Source of the DNA: an uncultured virus (IMG/VR IMGVR_UViG_2860815047_000004) | Taxonomy: Duplodnaviria > Heunggongvirae > Uroviricota > Caudoviricetes | DNA length: 64,000 nt | Reading direction: 5' to 3' (one strand) | IMG/VR virus record: IMGVR_UViG_2860815047_000004 | Shown here: piece by piece, positions 1 to 9,966 of the stretch | How positions within the stretch are numbered: position 1 is the first letter of the stretch | Layout: the number at the start of each line of letters is the position of its first letter | The notes under the pieces: generated by a model | What the model was told of the DNA's origin: nothing | Database searches by the model: none | Seen by the model: only the letters and a program-made list of their open reading frames with translations | Position numbers and translations under genes: made by a program

Positions 1-18
1 ATATGAAGGAGTGAATTA

Positions 19-570
19 ATGAACCAGTTTACAGATACAACTAATAATATTTGGAGGGTAATCAATAGACATAAGAGATTGATAATCGCTATTGTTATAA
101 TCGCTACTGTTGGGTACCTCGTGTTTGGCAGAAGCTCAGGATTAACACAGGATAAGTTTCAAGATAAAATATACAAAGTTTCAAACGGAGTTATTGATAT
201 TAATGATTCGAAAATTGAGAAGGTTAATGATGGGTCATCTGTCTATATGGCCAAATGGAATGGTTTCACAATTACGGCATCTGTAGATAGTAAAGACCGT
301 ATCATTTTTCCCTATGGTGTCATTGGCCTTCCTTCAAATCAAATGGATGAAATTTCCTTAGGGCAATACCAAGAAATAATGAAAGCATTAAGTAGTGTAG
401 CAGATTCAAAACTTTCTGATGAAGATAAGGAACGATTAATTTTAAATGAATTGAATTTTAATAATGTAATTGAGACAGGAACAAAACATTCCGCCTCTAA
501 AAATGGAATAAAGTATGAATTGATTGGCACAGAGGGTGCCTTATTATTTATGCTTGGCAATAAGAAATAA
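19..570 (+). CDS. Hypothetical membrane-anchored protein
   Basis: RBS AAGGAG; one N-terminal hydrophobic helix (LIIAIVIIATVGYLVF). Confidence 0.7.
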   Translation: MNQFTDTTNNIWRVINRHKRLIIAIVIIATVGYLVFGRSSGLTQDKFQDKIYKVSNGVIDINDSKIEKVNDGSSVYMAKWNGFTITASVDSKDRIIFPYGVIGLPSNQMDEISLGQYQEIMKALSSVADSKLSDEDKERLILNELNFNNVIETGTKHSASKNGIKYELIGTEGALLFMLGNKK

Positions 571-612
571 TTGTGAAAAATCATAAATGCACAATAAGGG
601 AGAGGATGACTT

Positions 613-840
613 ATGGTAGCCAAAATGATAACTGTCTGGTACAAATATGATGATAAGGGCAACGAAGCCAAACTAAATCATATTGAAAATGGTTGGGTAA
701 ATGGAGACTATCCAAAACCAAAAGATCCATCATACTCAAATCAAGAAGCATGGAAGAAAAGTGATTGGGAAAGAAAGTATGCTTATTTAGATGAACAATA
801 TCGAGTATTGAGCGTTCCACCAGCTTTTTGGATTAAATAA
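613..840 (+). CDS. Hypothetical phage protein
   Basis: RBS GAGGA, 75-aa ORF. Confidence 0.7.
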   Translation: MVAKMITVWYKYDDKGNEAKLNHIENGWVNGDYPKPKDPSYSNQEAWKKSDWERKYAYLDEQYRVLSVPPAFWIK

Positions 841-858
841 TGAACCAGCAGGGGGAGT

Positions 859-1089
859 ATGCAAATGATCAAGGTTTATACAAGAGGTCATAAGATACCA
901 GAAAAGATTAAGTCTTGCATCTCTGAATGGAATTATTGGTCTTGGATTGTTGCTGCAAATAGTGAAAAGGGCAATAAAAGTGCAAAGCGGCTTATTGAAA
1001 AGATTGAATCGGATCCAGACAAAATTGCGGAATATAAAACTGAAGACGGAATTGAAGTATATGTAAGCTACATGGATCCAGTGAAATAA
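859..1089 (+). CDS. Hypothetical phage protein
   Basis: RBS GGGGGAG, 76-aa ORF. Confidence 0.65.
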   Translation: MQMIKVYTRGHKIPEKIKSCISEWNYWSWIVAANSEKGNKSAKRLIEKIESDPDKIAEYKTEDGIEVYVSYMDPVK

Positions 1090-1103
1090 AAAAGAGCATT
1101 AAA

Positions 1104-1286
1104 CTAAATGCTCTTCTTCATACCACATCTGCGACACTCACGTAAAAACACACCACTTTTCACTGAACTCTTGAATAAAGCGTAATCACAGTTGTCGCAG
1201 CGTCCATATTTAACATCAGGATACTCCTTATAATCATACACAATTGCTACATCGTAGCCATTAGTCTCAAAATCTTTCTCTTCCAT
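1104..1286 (-). CDS. Small zinc-ribbon protein
   Basis: CDNC and CRRC pairs; RBS AGGTG. Confidence 0.7.
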   Translation of the reverse strand: MEEKDFETNGYDVAIVYDYKEYPDVKYGRCDNCDYALFKSSVKSGVFLRECRRCGMKKSI

Positions 1287-1356
1287 TAAATTTCACCTAC
1301 ACAAAGTATTTAACACTACTATAATACCAGACGATGTATATAAGGAGGGGTTTTAT

Positions 1357-1608
1357 TTGATTGGAATAGCATATTTCTTAATACTCTGGCTGGGTATTGG
1401 CTTTCTGACAGGATTTAAGGCCTTATTCGTTGATCAGGTTTATGATGAAGAGTTTAAGCAGGAACTGATTGATTCATTTTCACCAGGTATGGAGCAGAAT
1501 ATGATTGAACTGTTCTTTAAGAATAAAATAAATATCATGGTGTTTTACATATTAATTGGATTGCTGCCACTGGCCATAAAAATTGCTGGTCTGCTGAAGA
1601 GGAGTTAG
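1357..1608 (+). CDS. yopE: Small two-TM phage protein, YopE-like
   Basis: 83 aa with two hydrophobic segments; synteny. Confidence 0.7.
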   Translation: MIGIAYFLILWLGIGFLTGFKALFVDQVYDEEFKQELIDSFSPGMEQNMIELFFKNKINIMVFYILIGLLPLAIKIAGLLKRS

Positions 1609-1610
1609 CT

Positions 1611-1826
1611 ATGCCGGTTATCGATACCTTTTTTGTTATTCAATTTGAAAATGATGATTACTTCAAGTCATTTAAATTAGATGGAAGTGGTTATAAGACA
1701 TCTAAGGGGCTTCATAGCGCTTCTAAGTTCACTACAATGTCAGAAGCCTTAGCGATCGCAAATGAGCTACATATGGAGTTTAAAGCCACTTCTGCCATAA
1801 GGCAAATTGAAGTTATTACTAGGTGA
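1611..1826 (+). CDS. yopF: Hypothetical phage protein, YopF-like
   Basis: 71 aa, RBS GAGGAG; synteny. Confidence 0.6.
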   Translation: MPVIDTFFVIQFENDDYFKSFKLDGSGYKTSKGLHSASKFTTMSEALAIANELHMEFKATSAIRQIEVITR

Positions 1827-1837
1827 GGAGTGTTCAG

Positions 1838-1969
1838 GTGTACTGGATTGAATGGATTGAGGATGGGGAGAAGAAAAGTATTGTTGCTGAGGGCTGGGTG
1901 GAATGGGTCACAATCCTGGAAGACCTTTATCAGCAACGATTTGAGTATGTTGAATGGAAGAGAATTTAA
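1838..1969 (+). CDS. yopG: 43-aa phage protein MYWIEWIEDGEKK..., YopG-like (not in ORF track)
   Basis: GTG start after GAGGAG; translated by hand. Confidence 0.65.
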   Translation: MYWIEWIEDGEKKSIVAEGWVEWVTILEDLYQQRFEYVEWKRI

Positions 1970-2017
1970 AAAACACAAGTCTAAATAAAATTAATGTAAA
2001 GGGAGAAGGTTTTTAGA

Positions 2018-2563
2018 ATGGAAGAATTAAATCATTATAGAAAATGCCTTAATGTGAATTACGAATCCATTATTTTATTGGTAGCAACCCCAAAAGGGAA
2101 ATATCCTTCAAAAAGTGTTGATTTAAAAACAAAAGAATTTGTTAATGAGATATTATATAAAGAGTATTACATTGATATTTATGAAAAAGGTAAAAAAGAA
2201 ATTCTTCAGGATACAGCGTTTAAACTTTTTACATTGCCATTAATCGGAGATTCATTTGATCACAAAGTAAATAGGACTGTTGCGAATAGCAGGGCATCTG
2301 AAGATAAAGTTGAGGCATTTTTTGTGTTACAAAGTATTAATAAAGAATTTCAAGAAAACAATTCAAATATCAACATAGATAAAGCAATAAAGAGAGGAGA
2401 AGAAAGTGCTAAACTCTTTTTAAATTGTTACCCATTAGGTACACATGATGTTTCCGTGATACCGGTTGAAAGAGGGAACGAAGGGGTAGAGCTATTACTT
2501 GACATGAAGTTTAAAGATAATGCCTCTGAGTACTATTTTGATTTCACATATTTTGGCGGTTGA
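2018..2563 (+). CDS. Hypothetical protein
   Basis: 181-aa ORF, RBS GGGAGAAGG. Confidence 0.7.
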   Translation: MEELNHYRKCLNVNYESIILLVATPKGKYPSKSVDLKTKEFVNEILYKEYYIDIYEKGKKEILQDTAFKLFTLPLIGDSFDHKVNRTVANSRASEDKVEAFFVLQSINKEFQENNSNINIDKAIKRGEESAKLFLNCYPLGTHDVSVIPVERGNEGVELLLDMKFKDNASEYYFDFTYFGG

Positions 2564-2901
2564 TGGACATGGATGAAACATTTATCAATAATCTAAATAA
2601 GAACAAATTTGATAATGAAGAGTTTAAAAATGGTTTTAGTGCAGGAGCTGAATACAAAGATCAAATGGAAAAACGGATACGTGATCTTGAATCAGTGTTG
2701 CTTGGGTTTATTGGGTATGAAGACGAGTGGCTACTAACAAAAGCAGGTTTAAATAAACGTACTAAGTCAGTCTTAGTCAACATGATTATTGATCAGCGAA
2801 ATCTTACCCGTGCTCTTTATAAAAAATTAGATGAAGAAACAAAAAAGAAATTAAAAAGTGAAATTGAGATGTGCATTTGGCCGGGAGAAAGTGAGCAATA
2901 A
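2560..2901 (+). CDS. Hypothetical protein
   Basis: 113-aa ORF coupled to the previous gene. Confidence 0.6.
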   Translation: MMDMDETFINNLNKNKFDNEEFKNGFSAGAEYKDQMEKRIRDLESVLLGFIGYEDEWLLTKAGLNKRTKSVLVNMIIDQRNLTRALYKKLDEETKKKLKSEIEMCIWPGESEQ

Positions 2902-2907
2902 AGACAA

Positions 2908-2960
2908 ATACGTTTAATTATACGTATCGAATTTGCAAACTTTTTAAATGTATTTATAAT
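2908..2960 (+). promoter_or_regulatory. SigA-like promoter with inverted repeat upstream of hicB
   Basis: TTGCAA (2933) and TATAAT (2955); inverted repeat ATACGT-N8-ACGTAT at 2908-2927. Confidence 0.5.
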
Positions 2961-2983
2961 CTTCAATAAGGAGTTGATTATAA

Positions 2984-3394
2984 ATGAATTGGGTATCTTA
3001 CCCCTCTATTTTACACTTTGCAAATGATGGTATTACAGTAACCTTTCCAGACCTTCCTGGGTGTGTAACCTGTGGATCGAATGACACAGAGGCAATTAGC
3101 ATGGCAAAAGAAGCTTTAGGGCTTCATTTATATGGGTTAGAAATGGACGGAGAGAAGTATCCTGGCCCTTCACCGTTTTCGGAAATTAAGACAGCGGAAA
3201 ATGAAGTTGTGTGCTTGATTGATATACCTATGCATGCATTCCGCGATGAATATAGACGTAAATCAGTCAAGAAAACATTAACTATTCCTGCGTGGTTGAA
3301 TGAAGTGGCTGAAGAAAAGAACATTAATTTTTCTCAGGTGCTGCAGGATACATTAAAAGATAAACTCGGACTAAATATCTTTAAGGCACAATAA
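2984..3394 (+). CDS. hicB: HicB-family antitoxin, orphan
   Basis: YPSI..GITVTFPDLPGCVTCG...EAISMAKEALGLHL HicB motif; C-terminal RHH-like VKKTLTIPAWLNE. Confidence 0.9.
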   Translation: MNWVSYPSILHFANDGITVTFPDLPGCVTCGSNDTEAISMAKEALGLHLYGLEMDGEKYPGPSPFSEIKTAENEVVCLIDIPMHAFRDEYRRKSVKKTLTIPAWLNEVAEEKNINFSQVLQDTLKDKLGLNIFKAQ

Positions 3395-3410
3395 GGATTC
3401 TTATTGTGCC
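3385..3410 (+). terminator. Hairpin after hicB
   Basis: GGCACAATAAG-gatt-CTTATTGTGCC. Confidence 0.6.
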
Positions 3411-3485
3411 GGTTTACATAAAATACGAATTTTAAACAGATGAGTATTCCTTAAAAAATAATTAGAATAAAAATAAAATAAATAC

Positions 3486-3537
3486 TTGTAATTCTGACAA
3501 CTCTAATGTATATTATAAACAAGGGAACATTAGTTGG
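3486..3537 (+). promoter_or_regulatory. aimR promoter with degenerate SOS (Cheo) box
   Basis: TTGTAA-17-TATATT; GGAACATTAGTTGG at 3524-3537. Confidence 0.5.
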
Positions 3538-3555
3538 GAAGGGGTGGAGTAACCA

Positions 3556-4695
3556 ATGAATCTTAAGCAGATGATTAAGAATGAATGTGAAAAAGACAGC
3601 CAGCTCGCAGCGAAACTCTCAAAAATAGCAGGGTACGAAAAGGTTAATGGTTTTTACAAATTCATCAACACCCCAGAGAAAGAAATGGACAACTTAGGCG
3701 GTTTAATTAATATTGTTAAAAGCTTGTTTCCTGATAATGAGGAGCAGCTTCTAAGTGATTACTTCTTATCACTGGATCCCAACAAAAAATGCGCTAGACA
3801 ATCTGTTGAATACTCCGATATCAATCAATGGGATTCATTAACAGACAAGATTATTTTAAATTTATGCCACTCAAAAAACACAACAAGTCAAGAATGGGGC
3901 AACATCTACAACATACATAGAAAGCTATATAAAAACGAAATCTCAATACCAGAAGCAATAAGAGAATGTGGGAGATGTAAAGCTCCAGAAATGTCATTTT
4001 TTTCAGATGCAATGCTGATGTATAAATACTTGAATATTGGTGAGTTCGGATTGATGAAAAGCACCTTAACACTTTTAGATTTTAAAAGCTTACCAGAAGG
4101 ATTTATAAAAGATTCGTACAAAAGTAGAGTGTCAATGTTAAAAGCGAATATAAGCTTAAACGAAAACAATTTAATCGAAGCAAGGAAACATTCAAATATT
4201 GCAATAATGCAGTCCAATGTGAACCGAATATGTTTCTTTGCACATCTGACAATAGGTAATACCCTAATTTTCGAAAATTATGAAGAAGCTATGCTGGCGT
4301 ATGTTGAGGCAAAGAAGTATGTTCTGAATGATACTCATGAAGAAATGCTAAATGGCGCTCTTTGCTTCTTAGCTAATGTATGGATCAAGGAAAATCTATG
4401 GGTTAACTATGAATCAAATGAAATCAAATATCAACAGCTAAGGGCTTTTTATTACATAAAAAGTAATAATCTCGACAAGGCTAACGAATTATTAGAAAAC
4501 TTATCAAAAAGAGATCAAGATGAAAATGAATTAGGATTTTATTTTTATTATAAAGGTTTAATATCGAGGCAAAAATCTGATTTTTTTAAATCAATAACAT
4601 ATTTTAAAGAATCAGATGATAAATATTTTATCCAATTGGCAATAATAGAACTCGAAAAATTAGGCTGTGACCCGGAGCTGCTAAATTTAATTTAG
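3556..4695 (+). CDS. aimR: Arbitrium receptor AimR (RRNPP, HTH plus TPR), phi3T type
   Basis: 379 aa; MIKNECEKD..AGYEKVNGFYKF..LDPNKKCARQSVEYSDINQWD as in phi3T AimR; followed by aimP. Confidence 0.95.
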   Translation: MNLKQMIKNECEKDSQLAAKLSKIAGYEKVNGFYKFINTPEKEMDNLGGLINIVKSLFPDNEEQLLSDYFLSLDPNKKCARQSVEYSDINQWDSLTDKIILNLCHSKNTTSQEWGNIYNIHRKLYKNEISIPEAIRECGRCKAPEMSFFSDAMLMYKYLNIGEFGLMKSTLTLLDFKSLPEGFIKDSYKSRVSMLKANISLNENNLIEARKHSNIAIMQSNVNRICFFAHLTIGNTLIFENYEEAMLAYVEAKKYVLNDTHEEMLNGALCFLANVWIKENLWVNYESNEIKYQQLRAFYYIKSNNLDKANELLENLSKRDQDENELGFYFYYKGLISRQKSDFFKSITYFKESDDKYFIQLAIIELEKLGCDPELLNLI

Positions 4696-4724
4696 AATTT
4701 AGTACTTGAAAGGAGGTGAATTTA

Positions 4725-4856
4725 ATGAAAAAAATTATTTTCGGTACAGCCATTTTAGCATCATTAGCAATTTCATTCATTGCAGGTCAACATTCAGTTA
4801 ATACGGCATCAGCTTCTGATGAGATCTCTGTAGCAAGTGCAATTCGGGGAGCTTAA
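4725..4856 (+). CDS. aimP: Arbitrium pro-peptide AimP, mature peptide SAIRGA (not in ORF track)
   Basis: RBS AAAGGAGGTGA; MKKIIFGTAILASLAISFIAGQHSVNTASASDEISVASAIRGA (43 aa, signal peptide plus hexapeptide). Confidence 0.97.
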   Translation: MKKIIFGTAILASLAISFIAGQHSVNTASASDEISVASAIRGA

Positions 4857-4888
4857 TAATACAACAGGATACTACATAATCAATGGTT

Positions 4889-4920
4889 AGACGTTTGATC
4901 CAGTGGATCAGGCGTCTTTT
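4889..4920 (+). terminator. aimP intrinsic terminator
   Basis: AGACGTTTGATCC-agt-GGATCAGGCGTCT followed by a T-run. Confidence 0.8.
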
Positions 4921-4934
4921 CTAATTTTAAGAGA

Positions 4935-4971
4935 ATGTTCCAGAAATTCATAATATAAAAAACAAGAACAT
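4935..4971 (+). promoter_or_regulatory. AimR operator upstream of aimX
   Basis: ATGTTC-N25-GAACAT; 6-bp inverted repeat with the 25-bp spacer typical of AimR sites. Confidence 0.85.
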
Positions 4972-4983
4972 GGAGGAATTAAA

Positions 4984-5139
4984 ATGAAAAAGCATTTCGG
5001 ACAATCACTTTCTTATGAGGATATGGCTAAGGGATACATGGAAATGGGAGACCTTAACTTAGAAATTTCCCAGGAAGATAATCATCTTGAAAATGAAGCA
5101 GAAATGGTTAGATCAAAATATAAAGCAAAGGTATCCTAA
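4984..5139 (+). CDS. aimX: AimX, 51-aa MazE-mimic lysis promoter (not in ORF track)
   Basis: MKKHFGQSLSYEDMAKGYMEMGDLNLEISQEDNHLENEAEMVRSKYKAKVS; RBS GGAGG; position after the operator. Confidence 0.9.
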   Translation: MKKHFGQSLSYEDMAKGYMEMGDLNLEISQEDNHLENEAEMVRSKYKAKVS

Positions 5140-5288
5140 TGAAGATTAAAGCCAAATCAGCAGACATTTTAACACATACAAAGGGGATGTGTTATTTGTC
5201 TTGGATAAAAATAAAATAAATTGTTGCATATTATTCTATCAACATATATAATGAAGTTACAAGATGAACGTTGTTGGGAGATGAAACA

Positions 5289-5501
5289 ATGGAAACAACC
5301 AGTGCCACTCAAAAGGAAGAGTTGAAGATTACATCATTAAGACAATATCAATACATAAAACAACTAAAGAACTTCACACGAGTCAATCTCCACCTAGAGG
5401 ATCCAGATGTGTTTACACCTAATAATGTAACTACAATGAGAAAAAATCATAAAGAATACAACCTCATTAAAGAACAAAAAAATTCTATAAAATGTATTTA
5501 A
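5289..5501 (+). CDS. First small gene of the sro/yopM-R repression operon (SroA position)
   Basis: ATG after GGGAG; promoter TTGCAT..TATAAT upstream; synteny. Confidence 0.65.
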   Translation: METTSATQKEELKITSLRQYQYIKQLKNFTRVNLHLEDPDVFTPNNVTTMRKNHKEYNLIKEQKNSIKCI

Positions 5502-5515
5502 GGAGTAAAAATAAA

Positions 5516-5746
5516 ATGAATAATAAATATTATACAGAAGAAAACAAGGCTAAAGTTTGGAAAAAGCATATGATCGTTTTAAAGTTTCTAGAGCAGGCTG
5601 AGATAGCAGTAGCTTATAATGAGTTCCTACGAAGAGAAGCGACAAGTGATGAATGGGTTGGGTTCGAAGAGGAGCTTTATGAGGAATTGACGGGGATGCC
5701 AATTATAAACGTCTGTAAGGACGAGAGGGTAAATGTCCTAAACTGA
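5516..5746 (+). CDS. Second small gene of the operon (SroB / phi3T_93 position)
   Basis: MNNKYYTEENKAKVWKKH...; RBS AAGGAG; synteny. Confidence 0.7.
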   Translation: MNNKYYTEENKAKVWKKHMIVLKFLEQAEIAVAYNEFLRREATSDEWVGFEEELYEELTGMPIINVCKDERVNVLN

Positions 5747-5784
5747 ATTTTATTATAGGATAAAAATAAATTAGGTGTGATAAA

Positions 5785-5949
5785 ATGAATACAGACATCT
5801 TAATTAACGCTCTTAAAGAATACGACATGTTAAAGCAAATGGAAATCTGTAACGCCAATATAATGCTGCTGAGTAATATTCAAGGTGAGAATGAATGGAT
5901 TGTTGCGTGGAAAGAATTTGATCAATACTTAATGAAAAAAATGATATGA
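5785..5949 (+). CDS. 54-aa third small gene of the operon (SroC position; not in ORF track)
   Basis: MNTDILINALKEYDML...; RBS AGGTG. Confidence 0.65.
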   Translation: MNTDILINALKEYDMLKQMEICNANIMLLSNIQGENEWIVAWKEFDQYLMKKMI

Positions 5950-5958
5950 GGTGTCATT

Positions 5959-7017
5959 ATGGAAGCTCAAAAGAAAGCGTCAACACTAAGGGATTATTCA
6001 ATATACAATAACATAAATAGGTGGTTTGATGAATTAGATTTAAGAAACAGGGATCGAGAAACTGGAGAAATTGAAAAGTCTAATACTAGAGCCACGTATG
6101 AAAGGCATATAAGAGAGTTTTTCAACCACTATGCTGCCAAGGATATTGAATATTTAACTGAGAGTGACCTGGCGATCAAGAAGAGCGACCTGTATGATTA
6201 TCGAACTCATTTGGCTAAAAATAAAAGTAACTCCAATTCAACAATTAACAATAAGATTGCCGCACTGAAAAGTATGATTAAGTATCTTGAATCTGAACAT
6301 GAGTGTGATTCATCTGTATTTAATTTTAGACCTCTTCCAACAGAAAAGAACCCAGCAGGGTCTTTTGAAGGAATATCTGAAGCTGATGAATTTGCTGAGG
6401 CAGCGTATGTTACTGAGCGTCAGAACAGATTAATGAAAAAGATGTTTATTTTGTTTAGTGCACGTACTGGTGGGCGTAAATCAGAGGTGCTTAGAGTTGG
6501 GTGGGATGATATTACTTATTCAGAAAAGCACCAATGCTATCTCGTCAACTTTAAAAAAACTAAGCAAAAAAAGGCTAGGCCAGTTGGAATTTCCACAGCT
6601 TTCTATGAAGAGTTGTTGCTGTTAAAGCAAGAGTATGGGGAACATGAACTGTTATTTCATAAGTTAACAGTTGATTCAATACAGGATATGTGGAATCGCG
6701 TATGTAGAGTTATGGGTATTCCCAAAGAAAGAAAGATAACTCCGCATAGTTTACGCAATACTGCAACAAACTTTTCTTACAGCGTTAATAGTGATATTAA
6801 AAAAGTGGCAGCGTTCTCTGGTCACAGCAATATCAATACTTTAAATGACCATTATTTAGTCAATGAAAGGGATTATTCTCAAGATCCAGGGGTTTTGGTT
6901 GATCAAAAAGAAGACATGTCCTTTTTAGAAGATGTTACCTTAGAGCAATATAAAGAATTCTTTTTAAAATCAGACATGTATATACAGAGTAAACTTAAAA
7001 TGTTTTTGAACAAGTGA
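5959..7017 (+). CDS. yopP: Tyrosine recombinase-family protein YopP/SroD
   Basis: TGGRKSE (R), TKQKK (K), HSLR (HxxR), GHSNINTLNDHY (H, Y). Confidence 0.88.
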   Translation: MEAQKKASTLRDYSIYNNINRWFDELDLRNRDRETGEIEKSNTRATYERHIREFFNHYAAKDIEYLTESDLAIKKSDLYDYRTHLAKNKSNSNSTINNKIAALKSMIKYLESEHECDSSVFNFRPLPTEKNPAGSFEGISEADEFAEAAYVTERQNRLMKKMFILFSARTGGRKSEVLRVGWDDITYSEKHQCYLVNFKKTKQKKARPVGISTAFYEELLLLKQEYGEHELLFHKLTVDSIQDMWNRVCRVMGIPKERKITPHSLRNTATNFSYSVNSDIKKVAAFSGHSNINTLNDHYLVNERDYSQDPGVLVDQKEDMSFLEDVTLEQYKEFFLKSDMYIQSKLKMFLNK

Positions 7018-7093
7018 TATAAATAATCACATAAAAGCTTTACTTGCTTATGAAAATAATGATAAATTTAATATGATTATGTGAGGTGATAAT

Positions 7094-8443
7094 GTGTCTG
7101 AAGTTTTGTTAACAACGGATAAACTTTATAAGTTAAAAACTGAAATAGAGAAAAATCTTATTGATATTAAAAGTGATTCCAATATGGTGAAGGAATTAAA
7201 AGCCACAATGGCGGACAAATACAAGGCACTCCCTGGTTATATCCAAGAAATTTTAAATAATAATGATAACAACGTACAGCGTTTAAACGAAAAAGAAGTG
7301 TACATTGTTTCAAAAGAGATGTATTCAATTCTTGGGGCTCCAGCTTTAGATCCCTCAAATTATTTTCCAACCAGATTGGCAAAAGAGCTTGAAGGTGGGA
7401 GAGTATTCGCCGGTGAAGAAGTAGTTAAGCTACCATACAAGTTCAAAAATGTGATTAAAATTAAAGAGGATAACTATGTCACTTCCATTACTGCCAAGGA
7501 ACTTAGTGAGTTATATAATAGCTCCATCCTGCAGTACAATTACAATACTCAGCGTGAAGGAAAATACATTAAGGGCAGCCTTATCCCTGTACCTAAAACA
7601 AACCCTAAATCAGTTGATGAGATCAAAGAATTGTTTATTAAAGGCGATTTAATTGTATCAATGCTAACTTTTAACGCTCGTCTTGGAACATCTGATGGTG
7701 ATGAAGAAGTTGAATATGATCCAAGCGACCAAACCCTCACTGTAACACGAGGAACCTTATTAGATGCTCTTGATGGATATCATCGAATTTCAGGTATTGT
7801 TAAGGCCATTGCTGAAGTCCCTGAATTAGATCAACCATTCATTTTAAATGTGCTCAATTACGATGAAGAAAAGGCTAAGGTTCACTTTGCTCAAATGAAT
7901 ACCATAAACCCAGTTGAAAAATCCAGAATTGAAGAATTGGGACAAAAACGGTATTCTTCAACCGTTGTCGAGCAGCTGAAATTTAAAAGTGAACTTAAAA
8001 ATAAAATAAGCCCACAAAGTGAAATTGGTATCGATAGCAATTTCCTTGTAACATATTATACTTTATCAGAAGCTATAGACGATGCATTTGAGCTGAAATC
8101 TCGAAAAGATGCGTTGAAAATTGCGAAATACTTGGTAGACTTTTTTGATAACCTTTTTTATGCCTTCCCAGACGAATTTCTTGAAGATGATTTATCGTCC
8201 ATTAGAAAGCAATCATACATTAATCATAACGTAATGTTTTACGGTTATGTTTATTTGGCCAAGAAGATGAAGGAAAACAATGTAGAACTAAACAAGCTTG
8301 AAAATATCCTTAATACGATTGACTTTAGTAAAAGCGGAAGAGTGTTTGAAGAATTAGGAAGACAAAATAATGAGAATCAACTAAAGAATATTATGAAGAA
8401 GAAACTTAAGCGAATGTTTTATCATGAAATTGCTGTTGTTTAA
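7094..8443 (+). CDS. yopQ: YopQ/SroE, ParB-like/DGQHR-domain repressor component
   Basis: LDGYHR motif; synteny. Confidence 0.85.
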   Translation: MSEVLLTTDKLYKLKTEIEKNLIDIKSDSNMVKELKATMADKYKALPGYIQEILNNNDNNVQRLNEKEVYIVSKEMYSILGAPALDPSNYFPTRLAKELEGGRVFAGEEVVKLPYKFKNVIKIKEDNYVTSITAKELSELYNSSILQYNYNTQREGKYIKGSLIPVPKTNPKSVDEIKELFIKGDLIVSMLTFNARLGTSDGDEEVEYDPSDQTLTVTRGTLLDALDGYHRISGIVKAIAEVPELDQPFILNVLNYDEEKAKVHFAQMNTINPVEKSRIEELGQKRYSSTVVEQLKFKSELKNKISPQSEIGIDSNFLVTYYTLSEAIDDAFELKSRKDALKIAKYLVDFFDNLFYAFPDEFLEDDLSSIRKQSYINHNVMFYGYVYLAKKMKENNVELNKLENILNTIDFSKSGRVFEELGRQNNENQLKNIMKKKLKRMFYHEIAVV

Positions 8444-8463
8444 AGCCTAAAGGAGAATTTAAT

Positions 8464-9447
8464 ATGAGTGAAATATATAATGCTGAATTGAAGGAAAAGT
8501 TTTTAGAGAAATACGAAAGTGAAGCAACAAGAAACCATTATTGGCTAAGGCTAAGGGATTTCTCAGCTACAGAAAAAATACTTCAAAAAGACATATTTAA
8601 TTTTTCTTTGGAAGAGCTGCGTACGTTATTTTTCGATTTGGATAGCAAATCTATAGACTCATTAAGAGGAGCACGAGCTGTAATTGGACAATACACAACC
8701 TGGGCAATGGAAAATGGCTTGGCAAACAGTAACATCAACAAAGTGTATCAGATACAGGATGGTGACTTAAAGCAGTTTATAGATAAAAACAAAAAAACAC
8801 TATTCACCAATAAAGAAGTAGAAGAGTATGTTGATTTTATGATTAATTATCAGGATAAGGCCATGATACAGGCTATTTATGAAGGTATAGATGGTTATCA
8901 GCATTCAGAGTTACTGAATTTAACAGGTGACGATTTACTCGATGATAACAAGGTAAAGCTAGTAGATGATAAACATGGTGTAAGAATAATTACTGTAAGC
9001 GATAAATGTTATGAGTTACTTAAGCGTGCTAATGACCAAAGAACATATCATCTTAGCAATGGTTCGCCAGATAGTAGCCTTAAAAACAAATTTGCCACAT
9101 TAGTTAAAAGCGAAAATATTTTTAGGCTAAAATATAAGAGCTCTAATCAGAGTATGAAAGCTGACAAATTTTTAATTCATCGTTCTTTTAGTCAGTTTCA
9201 AAAATTTTTAGAAGAACCCTTCTTTACACCTAAAAATCTTATCAATTCAGGAAAGCTCAACATGGCGTATGCGATATATAAAGAGAAGGGTGAATTAAAA
9301 GTACCTGATTATAAACAAATAACTCGACAATATGGGTTCTTGAATGAAGACGCGGAGTTTAATTCACAAACACTGAGGAAAGTAGTGAATATGGAGAACT
9401 TAGAAAAATATTGTATCAAGTCTGAAGTAATTGAGACTAATTCTTAA
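8464..9447 (+). CDS. yopR: YopR/SroF/MrpR integrase-fold master repressor
   Basis: 327 aa; integrase-like layout lacking catalytic R and HxxR; synteny. Confidence 0.85.
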   Translation: MSEIYNAELKEKFLEKYESEATRNHYWLRLRDFSATEKILQKDIFNFSLEELRTLFFDLDSKSIDSLRGARAVIGQYTTWAMENGLANSNINKVYQIQDGDLKQFIDKNKKTLFTNKEVEEYVDFMINYQDKAMIQAIYEGIDGYQHSELLNLTGDDLLDDNKVKLVDDKHGVRIITVSDKCYELLKRANDQRTYHLSNGSPDSSLKNKFATLVKSENIFRLKYKSSNQSMKADKFLIHRSFSQFQKFLEEPFFTPKNLINSGKLNMAYAIYKEKGELKVPDYKQITRQYGFLNEDAEFNSQTLRKVVNMENLEKYCIKSEVIETNS

Positions 9448-9466
9448 TCCCTGTTACAGGGATTAA
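9444..9466 (+). terminator. Palindrome at the end of the operon
   Basis: TTAATCCCTGT-t-ACAGGGATTAA. Confidence 0.6.
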
Positions 9467-9667
9467 CTTTACATAACTTTCAGAGTAAAAATAAAACAAA
9501 TGTGAGTTAACTCGTGGTATTTTTAAAAAAATATCAGGATTTTGTTCATATTTTTCAGAATTCGACAAAGTTAGACAGAGACAAATTTGCACATATGCAG
9601 TAAAATAGTTCTATACACTAAAAAGGGTACAAGGAGGTTCGCTAGGTCAAACTCCCTAGCGATTAAG

Positions 9668-9889
9668 TCAATGTTTGATTTTCCATTCATAGAGGTCTTC
9701 AATCGAACAGTTTAGGGCAATAGCAATGATTCTCGCTGTTTTTATATTCATAGAAGGTCTAACGCCATTAGCGTAATCACTTAACCTTTGCTTACTGATG
9801 CCTGTTAGGTTCGAAAGTTGCCCTAGGGACATTCCTCTACGTTCAAGGAGAATGGATATCAAACATTGTCCGATTTCAACCTCAAGCAT
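9668..9889 (-). CDS. yopS: XRE/Cro HTH regulator
   Basis: SLGQLSNLTGISKQRLSDYANG HTH; RBS GGAGG before MLEVEIG. Confidence 0.85.
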   Translation of the reverse strand: MLEVEIGQCLISILLERRGMSLGQLSNLTGISKQRLSDYANGVRPSMNIKTARIIAIALNCSIEDLYEWKIKH

Positions 9890-9966
9890 CGGACAACCTC
9901 CTGATATAGTATTGCTTATCATACTATATCAATTCTTTCCAAGTTTTTAAATGAAAGAAAAAAGAT

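Noticed and set aside
1981..2000. CTAAATAAAATTAATGTAAA as a full boundary site
   Set aside because: The left arm matches but the right arm does not, so it was left out of the site count. The same applies to partial sites near 14196, 45400 and 63307.
8464..9447. YopR as the prophage integrase
   Set aside because: It lacks the catalytic R and HxxR residues, is known as a repressor, and has no att site nearby.
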